Source of the DNA: Nostoc sp. DedSLP01 | Lineage (GTDB): Bacteria; Cyanobacteriota; Cyanobacteriia; Cyanobacteriales; Nostocaceae | Assembly (NCBI GenBank): GCA_034530875.2 | Contig: JAVRCJ020000043.1 | Span: forward strand, 1-55,665 | DNA: 55,665 nucleotides | Direction of reading: 5' to 3' | Part shown: positions 29,556 to 39,556 of the stretch, piece by piece | How positions within the stretch are numbered: the first letter of the stretch is position 1 | How the letters are laid out: the number at the start of each line of letters is the position of its first letter | Position numbers and translations under genes: made by a program | Notes under the pieces: model-generated | The model's database searches: none | The model's input: only the letters and a program-made list of their open reading frames with translations | What the model was told of the DNA's origin: nothing

Positions 29556-31172
29556 ATGCTGAAAAATATTTTGTACAGTTTTCCACTGCTTTTATTGTTA
29601 TCCCCAGCAGTTTGGGCAACTCCTTTAGATGATAATTCAAATACCCCAGATGCTAACTTCGGTACTTTACAGGGACAAGTTACCTCAGTCTCTCAGTTTT
29701 CCGATGTCCAGCCGAGTGATTGGGCTTTTCAAGCACTGCAATCGCTGGTAGAACGCTACGGTTGCATTGCAGGTTATCCCAATTCCACCTTTCGCGGTAA
29801 CCGTGCTTTAACCCGTTACGAATTTGCCGCAGGTTTAAATGCTTGTTTGGATCGGGTTAATGAGTTAATTGCCACAGCTACCGGCGATTTAATTAATAAG
29901 GAAGATTTGGCAGTGCTGCAAAAGTTGCAAGAAGAATTTGCAGCAGAACTGGCAACTCTGCGGGGACGGGTGGATAGCTTAGAGGCGCGTAACGCCACAT
30001 TAGAGGCGCAGCAGTTTTCCACAACTACCAGGTTGAACGCTCAAATTATTACTGCTGTTACCGACACCTTTGGCGACAGAGTGGGAGGGGAACGCGATGA
30101 ATCCAACGCCATATTTGCGACTCGCGGCCGTCTGAACTTAGAGAGTAGTTTCACAGGCAAAGATATGTTGCGAGTGCGTCTGGAGTTTGGTAACTTTGCC
30201 AATCCCGATGGCTCAAGCCGAATTGCAGTAGCCAGCGGTACGGGAATGACGCGGCTCAACTTTGATTACGACAGCAACAATACACTCACCATTCCCCACA
30301 TTCGTTACTACTTCCCGGTGAGTGATTCCCTTTCCTTCGTTGTCGGCCCTACAGGTATTGGCTACAACGACATCACAGACAACGTAACCCCTGCTACTAT
30401 TGGCGATGATGGCAACGGCATTCCTTCGCTATTTGGTAAGAACAGTTTTCTCTTCGAGCGCGGTGGTGGTGGTGCAGCCGTCAACTGGAGTATCAGCAAA
30501 GACTTGGTTCTAACTCTGGGCTATTTAGCAAATACTCCCAACGAAACAACACAAAGCAGTGGGTTATTTAATGGCGGCTACAATGCTCTTGCCCATCTGG
30601 TGTATTACGGCAAACAAGGAGCAATTGGTGTCGCTTACTCTCATAGCTACAATCCTCCTGGAACTGTTAACGTTACAGGCTCAAGAGGTAGCGTCTTGTC
30701 GATTGCTCCCTTTGGCAACAACATTGCTACTTCCAACAGTATTATTGGCGTCCAAGGATACTATCGGTTTTCCCCAAACTTCCAAATCCACGGTTGGGGT
30801 GGATATATAACGGCAACTGCTGAGAGTTCTGGTTTGAGTGATATTTCTAATGGTAGGGGTGGAACAGATTCTCTGTTTGTGAACAATGGCGATAATGCTA
30901 ATGCCTGGTTTGGGGCGGTTGGCTTGTCCTTTCCAGATGTGGGAGGTAAAGGCAATCTGCCAGGAATTCTCGTTGGTTTGCCACCGCGTATATATAACAG
31001 TGATGTCCGTGAAGAAGCGGACAACGCTTACCACATCGAAGCATTCTATCGCTTACGAATGAATGACCACATCTCTGTAACTCCTGGTTTTTGGGTGATT
31101 GTCAACCCCGAAAACAATAGCGAAAATGATACTCAATATGTAGGAGTACTTCGCACAACATTCGATTTTTAA
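29556..31172 (+). CDS. Cyanobacterial SLH-domain outer-membrane porin (OprB/carbohydrate-selective type)
   Basis: VTSVSQFSDVQPSDWAFQALQSLVERYGC, RYEFAAGL, coiled coil, FSTTTRL, C-terminal LRTTFDF. Confidence 0.93.
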   Translation: MLKNILYSFPLLLLLSPAVWATPLDDNSNTPDANFGTLQGQVTSVSQFSDVQPSDWAFQALQSLVERYGCIAGYPNSTFRGNRALTRYEFAAGLNACLDRVNELIATATGDLINKEDLAVLQKLQEEFAAELATLRGRVDSLEARNATLEAQQFSTTTRLNAQIITAVTDTFGDRVGGERDESNAIFATRGRLNLESSFTGKDMLRVRLEFGNFANPDGSSRIAVASGTGMTRLNFDYDSNNTLTIPHIRYYFPVSDSLSFVVGPTGIGYNDITDNVTPATIGDDGNGIPSLFGKNSFLFERGGGGAAVNWSISKDLVLTLGYLANTPNETTQSSGLFNGGYNALAHLVYYGKQGAIGVAYSHSYNPPGTVNVTGSRGSVLSIAPFGNNIATSNSIIGVQGYYRFSPNFQIHGWGGYITATAESSGLSDISNGRGGTDSLFVNNGDNANAWFGAVGLSFPDVGGKGNLPGILVGLPPRIYNSDVREEADNAYHIEAFYRLRMNDHISVTPGFWVIVNPENNSENDTQYVGVLRTTFDF

Positions 31173-31254
31173 ATTTGACCAAGCGACTTTAGCTGCTGTT
31201 GTCCTGACGTGAATTCGATGAAGCTCTCCTTGCCTTGAACTAATGTTCGAGTTT

Positions 31255-31279
31255 GTCCCTCTCCGAATCGGAGAGGGAC
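31255..31279. terminator. GC-rich hairpin downstream of the porin gene
   Basis: GTCCCTCTCCGA-A-TCGGAGAGGGAC followed by GGTTTT. Confidence 0.45.
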
Positions 31280-31567
31280 GGTTTTATGCAGTGATACCAG
31301 AGAGGATTTTTTGAAAGTACGATCGGGCGTAAGTCATTGCATTACCACTCTCTATATCTGTTTCAGAATCTTAATGAAAACAGCGATTCGTGATATTCTC
31401 ATACTTAATATAGTAAAAATCAGTATGCATCTAATGCATTCTAGGTTTCCTAGAGGCGAATCAATTTATATGAAAAACTCTGCACTGCTAAACTTCTAAA
31501 AACAGGCAGTTATTAGCTGTGAAATAATCAAGAATGCTTCCAAACAAACCTCAGTCAATCAAATGGA

Positions 31568-33013
31568 ATGATATCAACACTTTTGAGCGATCGCTATCGC
31601 ATTATTAGCGTACTTGGAACTGGTGGATTTTGCGAAACATTCTTAGCCGAAGATACTCAAATGCCTTCGGGACGGCGCTGTGTAATCAAGCAACTCAAAC
31701 CATTTACTGATAATTCTGAAGTTTATCAGTTAGTGCAAAGACGATTTCAAAGAGAAGCTGCAATTTTAGAAGAACTGGGGGGAGCTAGCGATCGTATTCC
31801 TACTTTATACGCTTACTTTCAAGTAGGTGCGCAATTCTATCTAGTACAAGAATGGATTTCTGGGCAAACCCTCCACCAGCAAGTAAAACAAAATGGTTGT
31901 TTGAGCGAACCAGAAGTAATTTCTATTTTAATTAGTTTGTTGGAACTGCTGGACTTTGTACATAGCAAAGGTATCATCCACCGGGATATTAAACCAGATA
32001 ATATTATTCTGCGTTCATCTGACGGTCAACCAGTTTTGATTGACTTTGGTGCAGTGCGAGAAACGATGGCAACAGTGATGCGTTCGGAAGGTACTGTTAC
32101 TAATTCCATGATTATTGGTACGCCAGGTTTTATGCCCAGCGAACAAGCAGCAGGACGCCCAGTTTTTGCTAGCGATTTATATAGTTTGGCGCTCACAGCT
32201 ATTTTTTTGCTAACAGGAAAATTGCCCCAAGAGCTGATGACAGATTCCTACACTGGAGAGCATGTTTGGAATAAAAATGCCATCAGTCTGAATTTTATGG
32301 AAGTGTTAAAAAAAGCAACTCAGTTTAATGTTAGGGAACGCTATTCTACTGCTAAAGAAATGCTAAATGCTTTGCAGTCTATTGCCAATTCTACTGCACC
32401 AAAAGTCCGAAATTACAGTCAAATTTCTGCTTTTGTTAATTCTATAATTCGCGTGCCACGCGGTTATAGCACTAAACAAAACGCTATTTTTCTTGGTGGT
32501 ACTTTCATCGGGAGTGGATTAGTCGGTACGTCAGTAATTATTGGGATTTTGTTGGCAAACTCTCCTCGCGTAACATATCGAGAAGCTACATCGTCACTAG
32601 TGCCAAAACCAGAACTTGAACAACGTTCTTCCTTATCTCTTCCACCCGGAACGGCAAATTATCAAATAGGCTCAAACCGGGGATTTCAAATTGCAAACAG
32701 TGCTAATCTACCTAATTCGTTTTATTTTGTAGCCAACTCTAGTTTGCCAACTCTGCAAGCTGCTATTAAGCAAGTGAAAATTTTACAATCTCAAGGAATT
32801 AGTCAATCAGGAGTATTCTGGATACCAGATTACCCAAATTTATTAGATAGAAAAAATTCATTTATAGTTTATGTAGCCACTTTTAAAGAACATCCTAGTT
32901 GTATTAACTTTCTTAAAGCTTACGGACAAATCAATCCAGAAGCCTATTGTGCCTTTGCTAGTAAAGATTTAAATGCACCAATGGCTCGAATCTCTTTTAA
33001 GGAAATAAAGTAA
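31568..33013 (+). CDS. Transmembrane Ser/Thr protein kinase
   Basis: GTGGF, VIKQL, HRDIKPDN, DFG, GTPGFMPSEQ. Hydrophobic segment and C-terminal domain. Confidence 0.93.
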   Translation: MISTLLSDRYRIISVLGTGGFCETFLAEDTQMPSGRRCVIKQLKPFTDNSEVYQLVQRRFQREAAILEELGGASDRIPTLYAYFQVGAQFYLVQEWISGQTLHQQVKQNGCLSEPEVISILISLLELLDFVHSKGIIHRDIKPDNIILRSSDGQPVLIDFGAVRETMATVMRSEGTVTNSMIIGTPGFMPSEQAAGRPVFASDLYSLALTAIFLLTGKLPQELMTDSYTGEHVWNKNAISLNFMEVLKKATQFNVRERYSTAKEMLNALQSIANSTAPKVRNYSQISAFVNSIIRVPRGYSTKQNAIFLGGTFIGSGLVGTSVIIGILLANSPRVTYREATSSLVPKPELEQRSSLSLPPGTANYQIGSNRGFQIANSANLPNSFYFVANSSLPTLQAAIKQVKILQSQGISQSGVFWIPDYPNLLDRKNSFIVYVATFKEHPSCINFLKAYGQINPEAYCAFASKDLNAPMARISFKEIK

Positions 33014-33788
33014 AACAATCTTGGGTTTGAGATTTGCGATTTTAATTAAAAGGGAACGGAGGAACTGTAAACACGTGAAGCAGTGCGCCCTTGCAGTCTC
33101 CCGGCTTGTACTCCTTCCCTACGACACACTCCGCGAACGCGAACGGAGAACCCGCAGGGAGTAGTAACTGCTGAACCCAAAGGGCAACATTTTGATACGC
33201 GCTAATTACAATTGGGAGCCAGTGCTACCCCAGTACCCGGCCTTGGAAAGCAAATCGTGTGTATTGTGGCTTCCAGCATATAATTTCAAATATTTTGATT
33301 TTTTTTATAGCAATTATTTGAGCCTTTTTACCGAGGTAGTAACGTTGGTAAAGTACGAGGTACTAGATTAGGCTTGACAATTATCGATAAATGTGTGTAT
33401 TTACATAAAGGATTAATTACCTTTGCTAGCCAAGTTGGAGCCAGCACAACATTTAGGGTAGAACTGGCGCTAATTGTAACCAACGTGTTTAGTTAAGAAA
33501 ACTTAATGTCTTATGAAAAAATAATTTTTGTTTTGGGAAGAATAAACTAAGAATTGAGGAGCCGAAATGTAAAAATCAGCATAATTTAGAAATGATTAAT
33601 GCACCGATCGCACCTAAACTTTTTATAAAGTAAATTGCAAGCTGATAAAAAATTTACAAATATTACTAATACTATAAAATAATAAAACTTTGCAAAAACT
33701 AATTGATTTAAGCATTATTTACTTAGAGATAAATATCATATAAATAATTTATAAAATTTATTGAGTTAAGGTTTAAATAATATCATAA

Positions 33789-34895
33789 ATGAACACTATT
33801 TTAATCATAGAAGATGAAGAACAAATCCGAGAAAATCTTGAAGAAATTTTGCAAATCTATAAGTTTAAAACTTTGATAGCTTCCAACGGTAAAATCGGAT
33901 TAGAAATTGCCAAAACAAAATTACCCGATCTGATTATCTGTGACATTATGATGCCGGAATTAGACGGGTATAATGTACTTTCGGATCTCCGTCAAAATGA
34001 AGCAACGGCGAATATTCCTTTGATATTCCTCACTGCTAAATCTGAGCGTTCTGATTTTCGTATGGGTATGGAAATTGGAGCCGATGATTATTTGACAAAA
34101 CCATTTACAACTCAAGAATTACTTAAGGCGATCGCTACTCGGCTTCAGAGAAAATCTGTATTTCAGCGTCAATATGAAGCTAAGCTAGACGAACTACGAA
34201 TGAATATTGCTCATTCATTGCCTCACGAACTGAATACCCCTTTAAATGGTATTATTGGCATGTCACAGTTGTTAGTTGACAATTGCCATATAATGTCCAA
34301 GTCTGAAGAGATTGAAATTGCAGAATTAATTTACACCTCTGGAAATAGATTAAATAAATTAACTCAAAGATTTTTACTATATTCTAATTTAGAACTAATA
34401 ATCCAAGATCCTGAAAAAAGTAGAGAAATTCAAGAAGCTTCAGAAAGGTGCTTGACTAAAGTACTTATTACCAATATTTGCCTGAAAAAAGCCAGAGAAT
34501 TCTCTAGAATTAAAGATATATCTCTGGAATTAACAGAATCAATCTTGGAAATGCCAGAAGATAAATTGACTATTCTGGTTGAAGAATTAATAGATAATGC
34601 TTTTAAATTTTCATTATCCGGCAGCCAAGTTAGAGTTATTAGCAATGTCGAGGGTAATAAATTTCATTTACATATAGTTGACAACGGCAAAGGCATGAAA
34701 ATTCAAGAAATAGAAAGAATAGGAGCTTTTGTTCAATTTAATCGTAAGTTCAACGAACAGCAAGGCTCTGGGCTAGGTCTGAGTATTGTTCAACGGATAG
34801 TAAAATTATATAGTGGAGAATTGATAATTCATAGTATTCCCCAGCAACAAACTATTGTCAGTATTGTTTTTCCTTGCCGAACTATGCAAAAGTAA
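33789..34895 (+). CDS. Response-regulator receiver / histidine kinase hybrid (REC-HisKA-HATPase)
   Basis: IIEDE, CDIMMPELDG, FLTAK, DDYLTKP, PHELNTPL, DNAFKF, DNGKG, GSGLGLSIV. Confidence 0.92.
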   Translation: MNTILIIEDEEQIRENLEEILQIYKFKTLIASNGKIGLEIAKTKLPDLIICDIMMPELDGYNVLSDLRQNEATANIPLIFLTAKSERSDFRMGMEIGADDYLTKPFTTQELLKAIATRLQRKSVFQRQYEAKLDELRMNIAHSLPHELNTPLNGIIGMSQLLVDNCHIMSKSEEIEIAELIYTSGNRLNKLTQRFLLYSNLELIIQDPEKSREIQEASERCLTKVLITNICLKKAREFSRIKDISLELTESILEMPEDKLTILVEELIDNAFKFSLSGSQVRVISNVEGNKFHLHIVDNGKGMKIQEIERIGAFVQFNRKFNEQQGSGLGLSIVQRIVKLYSGELIIHSIPQQQTIVSIVFPCRTMQK

Positions 34896-34904
34896 AAATA
34901 TAGA

Positions 34905-35957
34905 ATGAATAATTGGAACCTAAATATAAAAATGGTGAAAATATATCGTCTTCTGGCTACAGCTGTTATTTGCTGGTGTTTTAGCAATGCTAATATTGCT
35001 TTTGGTAAAGATGTCAAACTGAGTTTAACAAAAATCGAAAACTTTGCTCAAGCCGCAGTCCCAGAGAATAAAAAAGCGGTTACTAACTTTGAGCAAGGAA
35101 CCAACCTCTACAAACAAGGAGATTTAAAAGGAGCAGAGGCGGCTTTTCGCAAAGCAATTCAATTGGAACCGAAATTTATCCAAGCTTATATTGCTTTAGG
35201 AAATACTCTCGACGACCAAGGGAAATTACAAGAAGCGATCGCACAATATCAAAAAGCCATCAGCCTCGATCCTAAATCCGCCAAAGCTCACTTTCATTTA
35301 GGAAATTCTTTTTACGTTCAAGGCAAATTTCCAGAAGCTATTACCAAGTACGAACAAGCTATTAGCTTCGATCCCCAATATGCAGAAGCTCACTATTACT
35401 TAGGTAACGCCTTCTACGCTCAAGGAAACGCAGCAAAAGCAGTGGCAGAGTATACAACAGCCATCCGCCTCGAACCTAAAAATGCTGCAAGTTACAATGC
35501 TTTGGGAAATGTTTTCTTCGCCCAAGGGAAAGTAGAAGAAGCAATCCCCCACTATCAACAAGCCATTAGCATCAATCCCCAAAATGCAGAAGCCCACTAT
35601 AACTTAGCCAGTGCTTTCTACGCCCAAGGCAAACTAACCGAAGCAGTCGCCGACTATACCCAAGCAATTCGCCTCAATCCCAAACACGCCCAAGCTTACA
35701 CCGGTTTAGCAAACGCTATGGACGATCGAGGCAAGCCTCAAGAAGCGATCGCTAATTATAAAAAAGCTATTAGCCTTTTACCTGATTATGCCTACGCTTA
35801 CTATAATCTGGGGATAACTTTGGGGAGAGAACAACAACGAGAAGAAGCGATCGCTAATTTCAAAAAAGCTAGAGAATTATTCCAAGCTGAAGAAAACACC
35901 GATATGGTTGAGCAAATCGATCGGCTAATTGAAAAAATAAAGGGTAATGGCGAGTAG
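34905..35957 (+). CDS. Tetratricopeptide-repeat protein (possibly exported)
   Basis: About eight 34-aa TPR units (A.Y.LG...QGK..EAI..Y..AI.L.P). Start may be 34932. Confidence 0.9.
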   Translation: MNNWNLNIKMVKIYRLLATAVICWCFSNANIAFGKDVKLSLTKIENFAQAAVPENKKAVTNFEQGTNLYKQGDLKGAEAAFRKAIQLEPKFIQAYIALGNTLDDQGKLQEAIAQYQKAISLDPKSAKAHFHLGNSFYVQGKFPEAITKYEQAISFDPQYAEAHYYLGNAFYAQGNAAKAVAEYTTAIRLEPKNAASYNALGNVFFAQGKVEEAIPHYQQAISINPQNAEAHYNLASAFYAQGKLTEAVADYTQAIRLNPKHAQAYTGLANAMDDRGKPQEAIANYKKAISLLPDYAYAYYNLGITLGREQQREEAIANFKKARELFQAEENTDMVEQIDRLIEKIKGNGE

Positions 35958-36039
35958 GGAGTGGGGAATGGGGAGATAGGGAGGCAGAGGGGGCAGAGGA
36001 GGCAGGGGAGAATGATTAATGACTAATGACCAATGACCA

Positions 36040-37638
36040 ATGACTAATAACAAAGGCAAAGTCTACCTTGTGGGTGCTGGGCCTGGAGATGTGGAGTATC
36101 TGACGGTAAAGGCTTACAATCTCTTAGCTGCTGCTGAGGTGTTAGTTTATGATGCTTTGGTAGATGCTCAATTATTGCAGTGCGTACCACCTGATTGCTT
36201 GAAATTAGATGTTGGCAAACGCGGTGGTAAACCTAGTACAACTCAAGCACAAATTAACAAGTTACTTGTAAACTACTGCCAAGAAGGGAAACAAGTTATA
36301 CGTCTCAAATCAGGCGATCCGTTGATTTTTGGGCGTTGCACTTCTGAAATTGAAGCATTAATTGCATCTGGTTGTGATTTTGAACTAGTGCCAGGAATTT
36401 CTTCAGCCCTTGCAGCACCGTTGTTGGCAGGAATTCCCCTCACAGATCCGGTTTTAAGCCGTTGTTTTGCAGTATTCACAGCCCACGAACCAGAAGCTTT
36501 AGACTGGGAGGCACTATCGCGGTTAGAAACACTAGTAATTTTGATGGGGGGGCAACATGTACCGGAAATTGTACGCCAGCTGTTGCGCTACGGGCGATCG
36601 CATTTAACGCCCATAGCAATCATCCGTTGGGCAGGAACTCCAGAACAACAAATTTGGACAGCGCAACTGGGCAATATTTGCGAACAAATCACCGGATTGT
36701 CTCTTTCCCCAGCCGTAATTACGATTGGGGAAGTTGTTGGCCTACGCAAGTACTTGCAACCTGAGAATATATATAGAGAAAGGCACGCCAGTATTCCCAC
36801 AGCTCAACCTATGTCAACTAACTTCTCCTACTCTCCCTCATCTCCCCTTCCCCTTGCTGGCAAAACAATTCTAGTGACACGTTCAGTCGGACAGTCGAAT
36901 CAATTTAGCCATCGTCTCATGGCTTTAGGTGCAACAGTCATCGAAATGCCCACCTTAGAAATTGGCCCGCCTTCGAGTTGGGAAGATTTAGATAATGCGA
37001 TCGCTAATTTATCTAATTTCAACTGGTTAATTCTCACTTCTACGAATGGCGTAGATTACTTTTTTGCAAGGCTAATTGCCCAAGGTAAAGATACCCGTGC
37101 TTTAGCTGGCGTGAAAATTGCCGTTGTTGGCGAAAAAACAGCCCAATGTCTCAAACAATATTCTCTGCAACCAGATTTTATTCCCCCCAACTTCGTCGCC
37201 GATTCTTTAGTGGAAAATTTCCCAGAACAATTGTATGGTAAAAAAATCTTATTTCCTAGAGTTGAAAGCGGCGGTAGAGAAGTTTTAGTTAAAGAATTAA
37301 GTGCCAAAGGAGCAGAGGTAATAGAAGTTGCCGCATATCAATCTTGTTGCCCCAGTAGTATCCCACCTGCCGCAGAATTAGCTCTGCAAAACCGTAAAAT
37401 AAATGTAGTTACCTTTGCTAGTTCTAAAACTGTACAATTTTTCTGCCAACTTACTAACAATATATTTTCTAATAATTTTTATACTAGTCAACTTTTAGAT
37501 GGTGTTTCTATTGCTTCTATTGGCCCTCAAACATCCAAAACTTGTCTCTCTTTATTCGGTCGTGTAGATGTCGAAGCCCAAGAATACACTTTAGATGGTT
37601 TAACGGAAGCATTGATAATATGGGCGAGAACTTCTTAA
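36040..37638 (+). CDS. cobA: Uroporphyrinogen-III C-methyltransferase / uroporphyrinogen-III synthase fusion (CobA-HemD)
   Basis: VYLVGAGPGD, VYDAL, RLKSGDP.IFGR, PGISS, then HemD: ILVTR, LTSTNGV, AVVGEKT, TFASS, SIGPQT. Confidence 0.95.
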   Translation: MTNNKGKVYLVGAGPGDVEYLTVKAYNLLAAAEVLVYDALVDAQLLQCVPPDCLKLDVGKRGGKPSTTQAQINKLLVNYCQEGKQVIRLKSGDPLIFGRCTSEIEALIASGCDFELVPGISSALAAPLLAGIPLTDPVLSRCFAVFTAHEPEALDWEALSRLETLVILMGGQHVPEIVRQLLRYGRSHLTPIAIIRWAGTPEQQIWTAQLGNICEQITGLSLSPAVITIGEVVGLRKYLQPENIYRERHASIPTAQPMSTNFSYSPSSPLPLAGKTILVTRSVGQSNQFSHRLMALGATVIEMPTLEIGPPSSWEDLDNAIANLSNFNWLILTSTNGVDYFFARLIAQGKDTRALAGVKIAVVGEKTAQCLKQYSLQPDFIPPNFVADSLVENFPEQLYGKKILFPRVESGGREVLVKELSAKGAEVIEVAAYQSCCPSSIPPAAELALQNRKINVVTFASSKTVQFFCQLTNNIFSNNFYTSQLLDGVSIASIGPQTSKTCLSLFGRVDVEAQEYTLDGLTEALIIWARTS

Positions 37639-37707
37639 ATGGCGCACTAGCAAATAGAAGAGCAGAGGGAGCAGAGGGAGCAGAGGGGGCAGAGGGAGAA
37701 ATGACTA

Positions 37708-38304
37708 ATGACTAAACGCATTATCGGCTTAACTGGAGGTATTGCTACAGGCAAAACCACTGTGACAAATTATTTAGCTAACACTTATAATTTGCCAATT
37801 TTCGATGCAGATATTTATGCTAGAGAGGCAGTATCTTTAGGTTCGCCGATTCTTCGTGCGATCGCCCAACGTTACAGCGAAAAAATTTTACTAGCTGATG
37901 GCAATCTCAATCGTCAAAAGCTGGGCGAAATTATCTTTAACGATGAAAATGAACGCAACTGGTTAGAGAGTTTGATTCATCCTTATGTACGCGATCGCTT
38001 TGTGGAAGCAATTACTAAATCTGCTTCAGAAATAGCGATCTTAGTTGTGCCTCTATTATTTGAAGCTGGAATGACTGATTTAGTTACAGAAATTTGGGTA
38101 GTACATTGTTCCGAAGAACAACAACTAAAAAGATTGATACAACGAAACCATTTAGATCGAGAACAAGCACAAGCTCGTATAGATAGCCAATTAGCGATCG
38201 CAGAAAAAATGGCTCGTGCAAATGTTGTTTTAGATAACTCTTCTACCCTAGAAATACTACATAAACAAGTAGATACAGCCTTAAAGAGTATAACTGTCAA
38301 GTAA
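37708..38304 (+). CDS. coaE: Dephospho-CoA kinase
   Basis: IIGLTGGIATGKT, DAD, LIHPYV, VPLLFE, RIDSQ. Confidence 0.96.
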   Translation: MTKRIIGLTGGIATGKTTVTNYLANTYNLPIFDADIYAREAVSLGSPILRAIAQRYSEKILLADGNLNRQKLGEIIFNDENERNWLESLIHPYVRDRFVEAITKSASEIAILVVPLLFEAGMTDLVTEIWVVHCSEEQQLKRLIQRNHLDREQAQARIDSQLAIAEKMARANVVLDNSSTLEILHKQVDTALKSITVK

Positions 38305-38713
38305 AGTATATTTATCTTCAAAAAATATATACAAGATACTCCCAATACACAAAAAGTTAATGAATTAATTATCGCAAATTCAGTAAAAAATCTTGCTAAC
38401 TGAGCCCATATTGTCAAATAATTCGGTGATTTTACAGTTGAGGCTGCGGTGAATAGTACTGTAAATTTAAATAGCTAGTAAACAGTTAGCTGTGATTATG
38501 TATAGTAATTTACTAATGCTTAAGATGGGAAAAAATAAAGTAATCTATATTACTATTTTCAGAGAAAATTAAGATTGTATAAGTATTTGAACAAAATTAA
38601 TTACACAAAAGTCAAGTGTAACTTGAAGTAATCATTGACTACAACTAATTTTTAATCCAAATTAATCCGAATTATTAAAAATATTTAAAACTATATTTTT
38701 ATCAATCACAATT

Positions 38714-39013
38714 ATGAATTTAAGTTTTAGTTTATTCAATAAGTTCGCTTTAGTTAACTCTTCAGCAAAAGAATTAAAACAGAAGAATAAAACACACGAT
38801 TATAGTCATCAAGTTTGGGGAAGCGACTACATATTTGAGCGACTAAATGAAGGAACTATAGGCTACATGACCGGAGTCGGCAACGGTGTTAAAGTCAGCG
38901 ATCGCATTATTTTGCGCCAAGGCAGCGAATCTTATCAATATCAGATTGAGGAGATTGATTATTACTCCTATCCTTCTGATATGTGGATAGCTTTACTCAA
39001 GCAAGTAGTTTAA
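38714..39013 (+). CDS. Conserved-looking hypothetical protein
   Basis: 99-aa ORF in AT-rich context with ATG start and plausible globular composition. Confidence 0.65.
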   Translation: MNLSFSLFNKFALVNSSAKELKQKNKTHDYSHQVWGSDYIFERLNEGTIGYMTGVGNGVKVSDRIILRQGSESYQYQIEEIDYYSYPSDMWIALLKQVV

Positions 39014-39276
39014 TCAATATAGCCTTAGGGAATTACACCAATTCTCCAAAATGATGCAACAGATATAAGTTAGGCAAATTTTGCTGCTTCTGAGTTTATT
39101 AATTACGTTAGCGTAGCGGGGCACAGCCCATTACGAATTACGAATTACGAATTAGAAATTAAAGGTGCGTTAGCCTACGGCATAACACACCCTACAGATT
39201 TGATAGTTTGGAAATTCTTAAACGCTAAGGATGCGGTTTTTCAAGAAAGCTTGTGTGTGGCTTAAGAATAGTTATT

Positions 39277-39554
39277 AGGACTTACGCACTGAAGCCTGAC
39301 GCCTAGATCCCCCCTAACCCCCCTTAAAAAGCTACCGTGTATATACAAGTCGACTCACCCCCCTTAATCCCCCTTGTCAAGGGGGGAAACTGGAAAATCT
39401 AGTTCCCTCCCCTTTACAAGGGGAGGGTTAGGGTGGGGTAATTCGAGGACTGGTAGTGATTCTATAACTTGTGTATACACCGTAGCCTTAAAAAGGGGGG
39501 AACTTATGAAGCCCCCTTTTTAAGGGGGTTGGGGGATCTGAGTGCGTAAGTCCT
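39277..39554. mobile_element. Composite MITE-like element with 14-bp TIRs (AGGACTTACGCACT)
   Basis: AGGACTTACGCACT at 39277-39290 and AGTGCGTAAGTCCT at 39541-39554. Encloses further nested repeats. Confidence 0.8.
39332..39485. mobile_element. Inner 154-bp MITE with 19-bp TIRs and 10-bp target-site duplication
   Basis: TIRs CTACCGTGTATATACAAGT / ACTTGTGTATACACCGTAG (17/19 match), flanked by CCTTAAAAAG at 39322-39331 and 39486-39495. Confidence 0.85.
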
Positions 39555-39556
39555 GG

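Noticed and set aside
31311..31499. 62-aa ORF upstream of the second kinase
   Set aside because: TTG start, no recognisable motif, AT-rich intergenic composition.
33060..33260. GC-rich structured-looking patch as an ncRNA or riboswitch
   Set aside because: It resembles fragments of Nostoc-type small dispersed repeats. I could not match any RNA family by eye.
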